Source: Malacoraja senta (lineage: Eukaryota). From it: 22,022 nucleotides of DNA. This document shows, piece after piece, positions 1 to 11,365 of this stretch. The notes under the pieces are model-generated. The model was given only the letters and a program-made list of their open reading frames with translations. It was not told the origin of the DNA and searched no databases. Numbering within the stretch: position 1 is the first letter of the stretch; the number at the start of each line of letters is the position of its first letter. The stretch spans positions 248,001 through 270,022 of the forward strand of contig JAXLNO010000620.1 of NCBI GenBank assembly GCA_038087875.1, given 5' to 3'. A program made the position numbers and the translations under genes.

Positions 1-633
1 TTCATAACAAGAGGATTTCAGTATAGGAGTAGAGAGGTTCTCCTGCAGTTGTGTAGGGCTCCGGTAAGACCACATCTGTAGTATTGCATACAGTTTTGGT
101 CTCCTAATTTGAGGAAGGACATCCTTATGATTGAGGCAGTGCAGCGTAGGTTCAGGAGATTGATCCCTGGGATAGCGGGACTGTCATATGAGGAATGATT
201 GAAAAGGCTAGGCTTGAATTCACTAGGGTTTAGAAGGATGAGGGGAGATGTTATAGAAACATATAAAATTTTAAAACGACTGGACAAGCTAGATGCAGGA
301 AAAAATTTCCCAATGTTGGGCGACTCCAGAACCAAGGGCCACAGTCTTAGAATAAAGGGGAGGTCATTTAAGACTGAGGTGAGAAAACCTTTTCACCCAG
401 AGAGTTGTGAATTTGTGGAATTCCTTGCCACGGAGGGCAGTGGAGGCCAAATCACTGGATGGATTTAAGAGAGAGTTAGATAGAGCTCTGGGGGCTGGAG
501 GAATCAAGGGATATGTGGAGAAGGCGGGCTTGGGTTTTTGATAGGGGACGATCAGCCATGATCACAATGAATAGCGGTGCTGGTTCGAAGGGCCGAATGG
601 TCTCCGCCTCCACCTATTTATAATGTTTCTATG
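1..633 (+). mobile_element. CR1-clade LINE, 3' fragment (ORF2 C-terminus plus 3' UTR), degenerate
   Basis: Frame 1 reads FITRGFQYRSREVLLQLCRAPVRPHL*YCIQFWSPNLRKDI...GLSYEE*LKRLGLNSLGFRRMRGDVIETYKI, a typical CR1 ORF2 C-terminus. The 3' UTR ...CAGCCATGATCAC...GAAGGGCCGAATGG...TTTCTATG matches the other CR1 copies in the window (10700-10790, 21820-21910). Confidence 0.9.
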
Positions 634-924
634 AAATATTTTCCCAATGTTGGGGAAGCCCAGAACCAGGGGCCACACAGTTTTTCACCCAGAGAGTTGT
701 GAGTCTGTGGAAATCTCTGCCTCAGAGGGCGGTGGAGGCCAATTCTCTTGATGCTTACAAGAGAGAGTTAGATTGAGCGCTTAAAGATAGCAGAGTCAGG
801 GGATATGGGGAGAAGGCAGGATCGGGGTACTGATTGTGGATGATCACCCATGATCACGGTGAATGGCGGTGCTGGCTCGAAGGGCCGAATGGCTTACTGC
901 TGCACCTTTTGTCTATTGTTTATT
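634..924 (+). mobile_element. Second CR1 3' fragment with an internal deletion
   Basis: Repeats the TTCCCAATGTTGGGG...CAGAACCAGGGGCCAC...GAGAGAGTTAGA...GAAGGGCCGAATGG...GTCTATTG end. The segment between GGCCACA and TTTTTCACCCAG seen in other copies is missing. Confidence 0.85.
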
Positions 925-927
925 CGG

Positions 928-1017
928 TAGACACAAAATGCTGGATTAACTCAGCAGGACAGGCAGCATCTCTGGAGAGAAGGAATGAGTGACGTTTCGG
1001 GTCGAGACCCTCTTTAG
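928..1017 (-). mobile_element. Short Penelope-like (PLE)-type repeat with a degenerate hammerhead motif
   Basis: Antisense relative of 13455-13549. The minus strand of 989-1017 reads CTAAAGA-GGGTC-TC-GACCC-GAAACGTC, i.e. a hammerhead core with G5 changed to A. Confidence 0.6.
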
Positions 1018-1123
1018 TACATTTGTTTGACGTATTATGGTGGTGAGTTTCGTTTCATTTTATTTTGTACGGTTTAGTATTATTGTTACTAATTGATTGA
1101 ATTATTTTTGGTTTAATAAACAG

Positions 1124-1726
1124 TGCCAGCCCCGCTCACCCTGAACCCGGACACGGCCAACCACGAGGATCTGTGCAGCATGTGGATGGGGGCGGAGAGG
1201 AAGTCCCTGCCCGAGTCCCGGCGGAGGTTTGACCGATGTGCTGGCGTGCTGGCATGCAGGGCTTCGCGTCCGGCTGCCACTACTGGGAGGTGGAGGTTGG
1301 TGGCAAGACGGAGTGGGACCTCGGCGTGGCACGGCGATCGTGCCAGAGGAAGGGCAGGGTGGAGCGCCGGCCCCGGGAAGGCTACTGGAGAATGAGCCTA
1401 CGGAGAGGCGAGGGGTACCAGGTTGTCACCGAGCCCTACACCCCCCTCACCCTGGAGCGCGGACCCCTGACCGTCGGCGTCTACCTGGACCACGAGGGCG
1501 GCCAGGTGTCCTTCTACGATGCCGGCAGCATGGCGCACCTGTACACCTTCACCCACACCTTCTCCGAGACCCTCCACCCCTACCTCTGCCTCACCGATGG
1601 GGGAAGAACGCCGAGCCCATGAAGATCTGCCGGCTCACCAGCCAGTCACAGCACCACCTGCCCGTGACGTTACCCGCCCACTCCGATACCTCATCCGCCA
1701 CCACCCGTCACCTCCACCCATCCTAA
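1124..1726 (+). pseudogene. Terminal PRY/SPRY (B30.2) exon of an upstream TRIM gene, frameshifted
   Basis: Acceptor CAG at 1121-1123. Reads PAPLTLNPDTANH..EDLCS...RRRFDRCAGVLA / QGFASGCHYWEVEVGGKTEWDLGVAR...VGVYLDHEGGQVSFYDAGSMAHLYTFTHTFSETLHPYLCL / GKNAEPMKIC..., with LDP-like, WEVE and LDYE-like B30.2 motifs. Frameshifts near 1255 and 1600, plus an apparent short deletion after ANH. Upstream exons lie outside the window. Confidence 0.88.
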
Positions 1727-1733
1727 CTGTGGA

Positions 1734-1843
1734 TAGACACCGAGTGCTGGAGTAACTCAGCGGGTCAGGCAGCATCTGTGGAGAACATGGATAGGTGACG
1801 TTTCACAGAGTGCTGGAGTAACTCAGCGGGTCAGGCGGCATCT
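1734..1843 (-). repeat. Two tandem partial copies (~66-bp period) of the PLE-type repeat
   Basis: GAGTGCTGGAGTAACTCAGCGGGTCAGGC(A/G)GCATCT occurs at 1742 and 1808. Same family as 928-1017. Confidence 0.7.
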
Positions 1844-1996
1844 GGTTTCTTCCCACACTTCAAAGACGGACAGGTTTGTTCGCTAATTGGCTTCGGTAAA
1901 ATTGAAAATGACAGTGTTAGTGTGCGGGGTGGTCGCTGGGCGTTGTGGACTAGGTGGGCCGAAGGGCCTGTTTCCGCACTGTATCTCAAGTCTAAA
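1844..1996 (+). mobile_element. 3' half of an HE1-like tRNA-derived SINE
   Basis: CCCACACTTCAAAGACG...CAGGTTTG...GGGCCGAAGGGCCTGTTTCC...TGTATCTC aligns with the full copy at 5016-5308. Confidence 0.75.
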
Positions 1997-2223
1997 GATC
2001 ACTCCCCACATATCTCCAGCGGTGGAAGGGCCAATCACTGTGTATGAACTCCGAACAAACTTCTCAGGATGTGTTTGATGATGTGAAATAATTTTGATAG
2101 GTCAATTATGTACCGATTGATTTTCATTTGCTCTGTTGCTTTCGATACGTTACTGGACGCTGGGATGAACGAGGAACCTCACGCGTGGATGGAGAGATGG
2201 AATATAACACGGGTAGAGTGTGT

Positions 2224-2467
2224 GAAACAAAGAAACATAGAAACGTAGATGCAGGAGTAGGACATTCGGCCCTTCGAGCTAGCACCGCCATTCAACATGA
2301 TCATGGCTGATCATCTAAATTCAGTACCCCGTTCCTGCTTTCTCCCCATATGCCTTGATTCTGTTAACCCTAAGAGCTAAATCTAAATCTCTCTTGAAAT
2401 CCAGTGAATTGGACTCCACCGCCTTCTGTGGCAGCAAATTCCACAGATTCACAACTCTCTGGGTGAA
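2224..2467 (-). mobile_element. CR1 LINE 3' end, antisense
   Basis: The + strand shows GAAACATAGAAAC (tail), CATTCGGCCCTTCGAG...CCGCCATTCA...GATCATGGCTGATC, the reverse complement of the CR1 3' UTR. Confidence 0.85.
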
Positions 2468-2520
2468 TCTTCTTGGTGGTTTATTTTATTTAATCACTGA
2501 AAGGACCAAGGCTTCAGTGA

Positions 2521-3123
2521 ATCAAAAAAGTGCATCTACTTCCTGAGAAGATTACGGAGAGTCAGTATGTCAAGGAGGACTCTCTCGATCTTCTACAGGT
2601 GCACAGTGGAGAGCATGCTGACTGGCTGCATCGTGGCTTGGTTCGGCAACTTGAACGTCCAGGAGCGGAAAAGACGGCAGAAAGTTGTGACCACTACCCA
2701 GTCCATCATCGGCTCTGACCTCCCCACCATCGAAGGGATCTATCGCAGTCCCTGCCTTAAAAAGGCAGCCAAAATCATCAAAGACCCACACCATCCTGGC
2801 CACACGCTCATCTGTTCGTTGCCGTCGGGAAGAAGGTACAGGAGCTTGAAATCTGGAATATCCAGGTTCAAGAACAGCTTCTTCCCCACAGCCATCAGAC
2901 TATTAAACACAACATCAAACAAGCTCTGAACAATAACAGTCTATTGCACTTTATCTGTTTATTTATTGTGTACATATATGGTCTATGGTATATAGACACA
3001 CTGAACTTTCATCTCCTGTTCTGTATTATGTTTACATATTCTGTTGTGTTGCAGCAAGCAAGAATTTCATTGTCCTATCTGGGACACATGACAATAAAAC
3101 TCTCTTGACTCTTGACTCTCTTG
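2521..3123 (+). mobile_element. Rex1/Babar-type LINE, 5'-truncated (ORF C-terminus plus 3' UTR)
   Basis: ORF 2567-2929 reads FYRCTVESMLTGCIVAWFG...IIKDPHHPGH...LPSGRRYRS...RFKNSFFPTAIRLLN, the characteristic post-RT region of Rex1/Babar LINEs. AATAAA at 3093-3098 is followed by a (CTTGACT)n tail. Confidence 0.85.
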
Positions 3124-3509
3124 GCACGTAATTCGAATAAACAAAACCTTTCTATTAGGTTCTTGTGAATTTTACTGGTCGTGTGAATTATCCAAATTTA
3201 ACAAAGGGGCATTAAATGTATCTATTGCATTAATCTATTAATGTATCATTTCGTCATGTTTTGGTGGTCTTTGCCCTCAAAGAGGATCCACTCATAGCTT
3301 CCACAAATGCTTCTTGATCAATTTAATTCTACCAGAAGTTCACTTCTCGCTCCTGCATTGAGGGTCTTTCCACTATTCCACCTCATGCATGTGCCGCATC
3401 TGCAGACTCATGTGCCCCAGTGAATTCTGGACATGAACAACGATGAACCAAGCATTATAAGAACTGATGTGTACTTATGTGGATTAAAACATGTTTACAT
3501 CCATCCTGA

Positions 3510-4101
<592 letters not shown>

Positions 4102-4107
4102 GTAAAA

Positions 4108-4576
4108 CACCGTAAGCCCGCGGGTCCCCTGGTGGGAGACCGCTTTTCGGGGCTTCCGCAGCGGCGACTTCTCCCGCCCGAGTTGCGGGGTTGAAGAGCA
4201 CCTGGAGCGGGGCTTTATCCCCCCGCGCGGCTTGGAATGGCCACCGGACTTTGCGGGCGCGCGCCGGGGCTCCAACACCAAGACCCAGTGCGCGACCTTG
4301 CATCACCCGGCGTGGCTTTAATGGCTGCGGGACAATCACCATCGCCCGCCGGGGGCTTTGACTTTGACTCTGACATCGGGGGGGGGGGGGGGAGTGCAGT
4401 GGAGAGATACGTTTTTTTGCCTTCCATCACAGCGCTGTGATGGATGTATGTATAAATTGTGTTGTGTCTCGGGTCTTCTTCGTTTTGTATTGTATGGCTG
4501 CAGAAACTACATTTCGTTTGGACCTCAAGGGGTCCAAATGACAAATTTGTCCAAAAGACAAATAAATTGAATTGAA
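4108..4576 (+). mobile_element. Unclassified GC-rich retroposon-like insertion in intron 1
   Basis: Abrupt CpG-rich block with a G15 run, a 22-bp palindrome (4423-4444), a 3' stem-loop (4517-4538), AATAAA at 4561 and a TTGAA tail. A similar GAGAT..TTTTTT(C)GCCTTC motif recurs near 21085-21110. Confidence 0.5.
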
Positions 4577-4662
4577 AAGCAAATCGATATTGATCACATC
4601 ATTGTGTCATGTTTTGTTTATTTTCTGACATTTTTCTTCTCTGATCTGAAACCCAACCCCAG

Positions 4663-4758
4663 GATCAGGTGAAATCTTCCTTCGAATCTCTCACAAAAAA
4701 GAAATCAGAGATCGAGCAAATGTTGCAGCAACAGAAAGAGAAGATATCTGTTGTTCTG
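4663..4758 (+). pseudogene. TRIM exon 2 (96 nt, coiled-coil)
   Basis: ag|DQVKSSFESLTKKKSEIEQMLQQQKEKISVVL|gtgag; phase 0-0, open. Confidence 0.88.
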
Positions 4759-5015
4759 GTGAGGTTTTCCAATTTCGATTTCCTGATCTTGTGTAGTTTT
4801 CATCAATGTGATGCGTGTAACGTTAGGACACCTCTCTACAGCACAAGAGCTGAGGGTTGGAGCTATAGAGATAGAGACTGGGCGGGCAGGTACTGACTGT
4901 AGATAGAGTGGATGTGGAACGGATATTTCCACTGGTGGGACTGTGGGACCAGAGGTTATAGCCTCAGAATTAAAGGGCGCTCTTTTAGAAAGGAGGTGAA
5001 GAGCAACTTAGAAAA

Positions 5016-5308
5016 GCGGTCACGGTGGCGCAGCGATAGAGTTGCTGCCTTACAGCGAATGCAGCGCCGGAGACCCAGGTTGGATCCTGACTACGGGTGC
5101 TGTCTGAACGGAGTTTGTACGTTCTCCCCGTGACGTTTTCTCCGAGATCTTCGGTTTCCTCCCACACTCCAAAGACGTACAGGTTTGTAGGTTAATTGGC
5201 TTGGTAAATGTAAAAATTGTTAATGTGTGGGGATTGCTGGTCGGCGCGTACTCAATCGGCCGAAGGGTCTGTTTTCGCGATGTATCTCTAAACTAAAAAA
5301 AACTAAAC
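5016..5308 (+). mobile_element. Full-length tRNA-derived SINE (HE1-like V-SINE) inserted in an old CR1 remnant
   Basis: Pol III A box TGGCGCAGCGA (5026-5036), B box GGTTGGATCC (5078-5087), central CCCACACTCCAAAGACGTACAGG domain, CR1-like GGCCGAAGGG 3' part and (CTAAA)n tail. CR1 remnant sequence flanks it (4899-5009, 5309-5380). Confidence 0.85.
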
Positions 5309-5477
5309 ATATTTTGTCAGATGGTAAATAATCTATGGAACTCATTGGACATTTGGGCCAAATGGCTTATTTCTGTGCTCAATGCCACAAGGTTGATTGG
5401 CCAACTACCCCCTTGCATATCGTTAGGAAACACAATACAGTGACATTATATATTGATCTTCACATTTCATTTCACAG

Positions 5478-5708
5478 GAAGAGTCACACAACCTTCAGTC
5501 ACAGATCACATCCCAGTTTGCTGAACTGCACCAGATTTTCACTGAGAAAGAGCAGCGTGTACTCGCAGATATCCGGGAAGAAGAGGGGAAAATTCGGAAC
5601 GCAATGGAGAAAAGGCTTCAAGAGATTCAAGCAAATTTAAATTCCATCCAAAAGGAACTCTCAACGTTGCAGGAACAGATAGATCAAAAAGACAACAGGA
5701 TATTTCTG
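5478..5708 (+). pseudogene. TRIM exon 3a (231 nt, coiled-coil)
   Basis: cag|EESHNLQSQITSQFAELHQIFTEKEQRVLADIREEEGKIRNAMEKRLQEIQANLNSIQKELSTLQEQIDQKDNRIFL|gtgag; open, phase 0-0. Confidence 0.9.
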
Positions 5709-6162
5709 GTGAGGGGTTACACTAGAGTTAGGGGAAGTGAAACTGCACAGTCACAACATGGTGGGTGACATTTCTGAAATTAATGCATCATTTACCAGTC
5801 ATTCAGAGCTGGGTCAATGTTCCGTCTGTTCCAGCGATGTGCTGCTGTTATTCGGAAACTAAATGGCCTCCTGCATAAATTTATGGGATCTCGGGACAGC
5901 CTGCAAACTCCTTGAGAAAGAGTCGCTGAGTTAGTGAACGTGTAATTTTTCCCCAAAAAGAAGGAAAATCTGCAGGAATCATAAGACCAATGGGGAAAGT
6001 CTTCTGTATGATCAGCATTAGAGGAAAAGGAGTTTGTGGTGTTGGAACATCCCCGTGAAGGCAGTCCTATAATTTTAGCCTCGTTTACTCATTGGAATTT
6101 GTCCTCCTTAACAGCACTTAATTGGACCTGTTCTATCCCTAGTTATCCTTTTGCTCTTAAAG

Positions 6163-6390
6163 GGATCCTGACTACGGGTGCTGTCTGAACGGAGTTTGTA
6201 CGTTCTCCCCGTGACCTTTTCTCCGAGAACTTCGGTTTCCTCCCACACTCCAAAGACGTAAAGGTTTGTAGGTTAATTTGATTGGTAAATGTAAAACTTG
6301 TTAATGTGTGGGGATTACTGGTCGGCACGGACCCGATGGGCCGAAGGGCCTGTTTTCGCGTTGTATCTATAAACTAAAAAAAACCTAAAC
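6163..6390 (+). mobile_element. 5'-truncated duplicate of the SINE at 5016-5308
   Basis: Begins inside the B box at the duplication junction and ends in the CTAAA tail. Confidence 0.85.
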
Positions 6391-6559
6391 ATATTTTGTC
6401 AGAGGGTAATTAATCTATGGAACTCATTGGACATTTGGGCCAAATGGCTAATTTCTGTGCTCCATGCCACAAGGTTGATTGGCCAACTACCCCCTTGCAT
6501 ATCGTTAGGAAACACAATACAGTGACATTATATATTGATCTTCACCTTTCATTTCACAG

Positions 6560-6793
6560 GAAGAGTCACACAACCTTCAGTCACAGATCACATCCCAGTT
6601 TGCTGAACTGCACCAGATTTTCATTGAGAAAGAATGGCGTGTACTCGCAGATATCCGGGTAGAAGAGGTGAAAATTCGGAATGCAATTGAGAAACGGCTT
6701 CAAGAGATTCAAGCAAATTTAATTTCAATCCAAAAGGAACTCTCAACGTTGCAGGAACAGATAGATCAAAAAGACAACGGGATATTTCTGAAG
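6560..6793 (+). pseudogene. TRIM exon 3b (234 nt, coiled-coil), duplicate
   Basis: cag|EESHNLQSQITSQFAELHQIFIEKEWRVLADIRVEEVKIRNAIEKRLQEIQANLISIQKELSTLQEQIDQKDNGIFLK|gtgag; open, phase 0-0. Confidence 0.9.
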
Positions 6794-7279
6794 GTGAGGG
6801 GTTACACTACAGTTAGGCGAAGTGAAACTGCACAGTCACAACATGGTGGGTGACATTTCTGAAATTAATGCATCATTTACCAGTAATTCAGAGCTGGGTC
6901 AATGTTCCGTCTGTTCCAGCGATGTGCTGCTGTTATTCCCAAACTAAATGGCCTCCTGCATAAACGAATGGATCTCAGGACAGCCTGTAAACTCCTTTAG
7001 AAAGAGTCGCTGAGTTAGTGAACGTGTAATATTTCCCCAAAAAGAAGGAAAATCGGCAGGAATCATAAGACCAATGGGGAAAGTCTTCTGTAAGGTCAGC
7101 ATTAGAGGAAAAGGAGTTTGTGGTGTTAGAACATCCCCGTGAAGGCAGTCGAATAATTTTAGCCTCGGATACTCTTTGGAATTTGTCCTCCTTAACAGCA
7201 CTTAATTGGACATGTTCAATCCCTAGTTATCCTTTTGGTCGTAAAGAGGAATATTCTCCCCCGGTTATTCTTCTGCTGG

Positions 7280-7730
7280 TAATATACTTGTAGAATCTTG
7301 CTGGGGGAGGTTGTCACAATTATCCAAGCCACATCGAGAGCATTTTGCGTAGATTTCATGACCTTAACCATGAAATTATGTTACAGCATTGGAGGCAACA
7401 CGAAAGTGAATCATCGGGATAATTGCAGTATGAGGGGCTTGTCTCATCAGCAGGGTTTATCGAGGTTGGATCGATATTCCTTGCAGTTTAAAATAATGAA
7501 GAGTCGTTTTACCATTGTCCCCAAGGTCCACGACTGGATAGAGAGCAGTGAATCACTGGAACTCTCCAACCCAGAGCCTTTGGGGATTGAAATGTTAGCA
7601 GTATTTGATCCAGAGGGAGCGACATTTTTTTTGAAAATTCCAGGAATTGAACATGAGGGGAATGGGGAAAAAAGGGGGAGTTCTGTCCTGGGCAAGATTA
7701 GCCATGACCACATTGTGGGGATTAACATTG
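7280..7730 (+). mobile_element. Ancient, highly diverged CR1 3' remnant (duplicate at ~14560-15000)
   Basis: MRGLSHQQGLSRLDRYSLQFKIMK resembles CR1 MAGLSYEERLxRLGLYSLEFRRMR. Downstream GAGAGCAGTGAATC..TGGAA and GATTAGCCATGACCACATT resemble the CR1 3' end. Confidence 0.6.
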
Positions 7731-8315
7731 AAATGTAGTACGTGGCACACACATCATCATTTATCATCTGTCATCCATGGGTTGAACTTGCAGGGAATGG
7801 GGCAAACAGGGGGAATCTCTTGTGCTTATCCTGCTTCCCCTTCAATGTATCTCCAACATTGGCTTCGGCCACTTTTGTGCGAATCAGTTCCACGTTCCCT
7901 TTGCTGCATGACTAATGGGATTTATTAAAGGCCATCACATATTTCATCTTTGAATTTTGGTCTCCCTAAAAGCAGCAATACTATTTGTCCCCCCCACCCA
8001 TTTTAATCCACAGATAATCTTAAATCACCCCATCCCTTCATTCCCTGGCATCTTCTTCAGATAACACCCAACCATCTCCTCATTCTATCCCGTAACTTGC
8101 ACCCTCTCAATGATGGCATCATTTTCATGTACGTTCCTTGTGTTTCCCCCCGTGTTCTTTGTCCCGACGGAAATATCCTTTATATGTCTGTGTGGGTGCC
8201 GCAATAAGAGTTGGTAAATAGGAATCTTGTGGAAATTTGCGTGCCATTTCTCTGTCGGGATGTGGATGTGGATGTTCTTTCTCAGTTATTCAGATGTGTG
8301 TCTTATTTCTTTCAG

Positions 8316-8338
8316 GAGGCAGCTGGTCGGAAAAGATG
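8316..8338 (+). pseudogene. TRIM exon 4a (23-nt micro-exon)
   Basis: tttctttcag|GAGGCAGCTGGTCGGAAAAGATG|gtagg; phase 0-2. Confidence 0.8.
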
Positions 8339-8434
8339 GTAGGACATGCTCTTGATTGAAACGCTGCATGTTTTTGTAGAACAGCTCCGAAATTGATGAA
8401 ACTCAGATTCTAACCAGCTGTTGAATATTTGCAG

Positions 8435-8550
8435 GGTTCGTGATGAAGTTCGTACATTATCAGTGACAGATGGTACCTTGCCGATTGAAAAGATTCATCA
8501 CCACTTTGTGTTGAACACGCTGTGGGGAGAAATCTGTGCCATTCAGCGAG
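8435..8550 (+). pseudogene. TRIM exon 5a (116 nt, linker)
   Basis: gcag|(W)VRDEVRTLSVTDGTLPIEKIHHHFVLNTLWGEICAIQR|gtaaaa; phase 2-1. Confidence 0.82.
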
Positions 8551-9153
8551 GTAAAACTTGTTCAGTTTCTATTCTTCTCATTGATTACACCTTTAAGTAC
8601 CACAAATGCAAACATTACGCAGTAATTGTACTCACCTCCACCTCCGGCATCTCGTTCTATCTCTCTACCATCCACTGTCTGAAAACATTGACCATCAATG
8701 CCTTTTCCAACTTTACCATCTCACTTTAAACTGATGCCCTCAATCTTTAGACTTTAGAACATTCTGTCTTCCATTCTTCAGCCCATTGGACCTGCTAATT
8801 AAAATCACATTTCATCTCAGGTCACCTTCTTCACTCTCCATGAGGCCACCAATATTAGTGTCCTCCACAAACCTACTAACATGCCACCCACATACTCACA
8901 CAAAGCGTTCGTATAATTAATGACCAACAATGGAGATAGAGTCGAGCTCTATGGCACACCCTTTGCGAGAGCCTCCAGTCTGAAAAGCATTCCTCCACCA
9001 ACCCTCTGTCTCCTGCCTTCAGGCCACGGTTATGCTCCATTGTGTAACTCTTCCTGGATTCGATCAGATCCAAACATCCAGACCACGTACCACGCAGACG
9101 GTTGAAGTTGTTTCTGCAACATAGCAGTAAATATCTGGGATTGTGTGACGTAA

Positions 9154-10792
9154 ACCATCTTCCTGATATAGTAGTGGCCAGAGGATCTGGGGTGACGGAG
9201 GAACTGAAGGAAATCCACATTAGGCAGGAAATGGTGTTGGATAGACTGATGGGACTGAAGGCTGATAAATCCCCAGGGCCTGATGGTCTGCATCCCAGGG
9301 TAGTGGCTCTAGAAATCGTGGATGCATTGGTGATAATTTTCCAATGTTCTATAGACTCAGGATCAGTTTCTGTGGATTGGAGGGTAGCTAATGTTATTCC
9401 ACTTTTTAAGAAAGGCGGCAGAGAGGAAACAGGGAATTATAGACCAGTTAGCCTGACATCGGTGGTGGGGAAGATGCTGGAGTCAATTATAAAAGATGAG
9501 ATAGCGAAACATTTGGATAGCAGTAACAGGATCGGTCCGAGTCAGCATGGATTTACGAAGGGGAAATCATGCTTCACTAATCTTCTGGAATTTTTGACGA
9601 TGTAACTAGGAAAATGGACAAGGGAGAACCAGTGGATGTAGTGTACCTGAACTTTCAGAAAGCATTTGATAAGGTCCCACATAGGAGATTAGTGGGCAAA
9701 ATTAGGGCACATGGTATTGGGGGTATGCTGACATGGATAAAGAAGTGGTTGGCAGACAGGAAACAAAGAGTAGGGATTAACGGGTCCCTTTCAGAATGGC
9801 AGGCAGTGACCAGTGGGGTACCGCAAGGCTTGGTGCTGGGACCGCAGCTATTTACAATATACATCAATGATTTGGATGAAGGGATTCAAAGTAACATTAG
9901 CAAATTTGCAGATGACACAAAGCTGGGTGGCAGTGTGAACTGTGAGGAGGATGCTATGAGAATGCAGGGTGACTTGGACAGGTGAAGTTTAATGCGGATA
10001 AATGTGTGGTTATCCACTTTGGTAGTAAAAACAGGAAGCCAGATTACTATCTAAATGGTGTCAAGTTGGGAAAAGGGGTAGTACAATGGGATCTTGTACA
10101 TCAGTCTATGAAAGTAGGCATGCAGGTACAGCAGGCAGTGAAGATAGCGAATGGCATGTTGGCTTTTATAACAAGGGGAATCGAATATAGGAGCAAAGAG
10201 GTCCTTCTGCAGTTGTACAGAGCCCTAGTGAGACCACACCTGGAGTATTGTGTGCAATTTTGGTACCCTAATTTGAGGAAGGACATTCTTGCTATTGAAA
10301 GAGTGCAGCGTAGGTTTACAAGGTTAATTCCCGATATGGCGGGACTGTCATATGCTGAGGGAATGGAGCAGCTGGGCTTGTACACCCTGGAGTTTAGAAG
10401 GATGAGAGGGTATCTCATTGAAATATATAAGATTGTTAAGGGTTTGGACATGTTAGAGGCAGGAAACATGTTCCTGATGTTGGGGGAGTCCAGAACCAGG
10501 GGCCACAGTTTAAGAATGAGGAGTAAGCCATTTAGAACGGAGACGAGGAAACACTTTTTCCTCACAGTGAGTGGTGAGTCTGTGGAATTCTCTGCCTCAG
10601 AGGACGGTGGAGGCAGGTTCTTTGGATGCTTTCAAGAGAGAGCTAGATAGGGCTCTTAAAAAAGCGGAGTCAGGGGATATGGGGAGAAGGCAGGAACGGG
10701 TTACTGATTGAGGATGATCAGCCATGATCACAATGAATGGCGGTGCTGGCCCGAAGGGCCGAATGGCCTACTCCTGCACCTATTGTCTATTG
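9154..10792 (+). mobile_element. 5'-truncated CR1 LINE (~1.64 kb) with reverse-transcriptase domain, disrupted
   Basis: KSPGPDGLHPRV, NYRPVSLTSVVGKMLE, YLNFQKAFDKVPH, SGVPQGLVLGP and FADDTK motifs. Frameshift near 9595 and a deletion near 9983. Absent from the duplicate, whose empty site is GTAATTGATGG at ~16558-16568. Confidence 0.95.
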
Positions 10793-11104
10793 ATGGTGAC
10801 AGGCCTGATTTCTGGGTATAGGTGAAGGTAAAATAGTTGGATATTGGAAAGATCATTAAACTGAGGGTGATGGGGAAGTCACACTGAAGAGGAACTGGAG
10901 CCAGCTTCGTTCAGCCATTATCACATTGAACAGAGGATAGGCTTGAGAGGCGGAGCCTACTCCGCACCTATTTTCTTCCTGCCTTATGTTTTTTTCTACT
11001 TATACAAAGATAAACTTTGCACAGAGCAAATGTAGCAACGATTGACAATACTTGGTTCCGTAACGATATTTGTTGTGCGGGTGACATTGAGTAGACTCTG
11101 CCTG

Positions 11105-11365
11105 TGTGCTCGAGTCCAATTGTATTTGAGGAGATCTCTGGGAAATACAAAGTTCCTACACCGCTCAGTGGGCTGGACACAGGGAGGATGTTTCCCCTGT
11201 CTGAGGGGTCTGGAGCCAGCGGAAACTCTCTCAGAATGTGGGCTGGACCATTTTGGACAGAGACAAGGAGACAAGGAGAAATTACTGCACGCAGAGACTG
11301 GGCAACCTTTGGAATTCCCTGCACCGGTGGCTGTGGAGACTCAGTCATTCAGTGCTCTTGGAGCC
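11105..11365 (+). mobile_element. Old CR1 remnant (duplicate at ~16880-17130)
   Basis: Translates as GLDTGRMFPL...GNSLRM..GPFWTETRR..TQRLGNLWNSL, similar to the CR1 ORF2 C-terminus. Confidence 0.6.

Larger units (their letters stand above)
5082..7247 (+). repeat. Direct duplication of ~1.08 kb (5082-6162 / 6163-7247) containing exon 3
   Basis: GGATCCTGACTACGGG restarts at 6163 and the following ~1.08 kb is colinear with 5082-6162. Confidence 0.93.

Noticed and set aside
1734..1843. Repeat-spacer-repeat pattern resembling a CRISPR array
   Set aside because: Only two units, both partial copies of an interspersed repeat, in a vertebrate context.
2496..2520. Inverted repeat TCACTGAA...TTCAGTGA between two LINE fragments
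   Set aside because: Only an 8-bp stem, which is expected by chance in 22 kb.
5016..5095. A and B boxes suggesting a tRNA gene
   Set aside because: They are the head of a SINE, followed by the SINE body and tail, with no convincing cloverleaf.
6900..8280. Semi-open frames on both strands (e.g. 7298-7738 +, 7447-7767 -, 6944-7201 -) considered as a possible endogenous viral or novel gene
   Set aside because: The + strand aligns by eye to a very old CR1 3' end. Minus frames contain many stops, no recognisable viral motif, and are not preserved in the duplicate.
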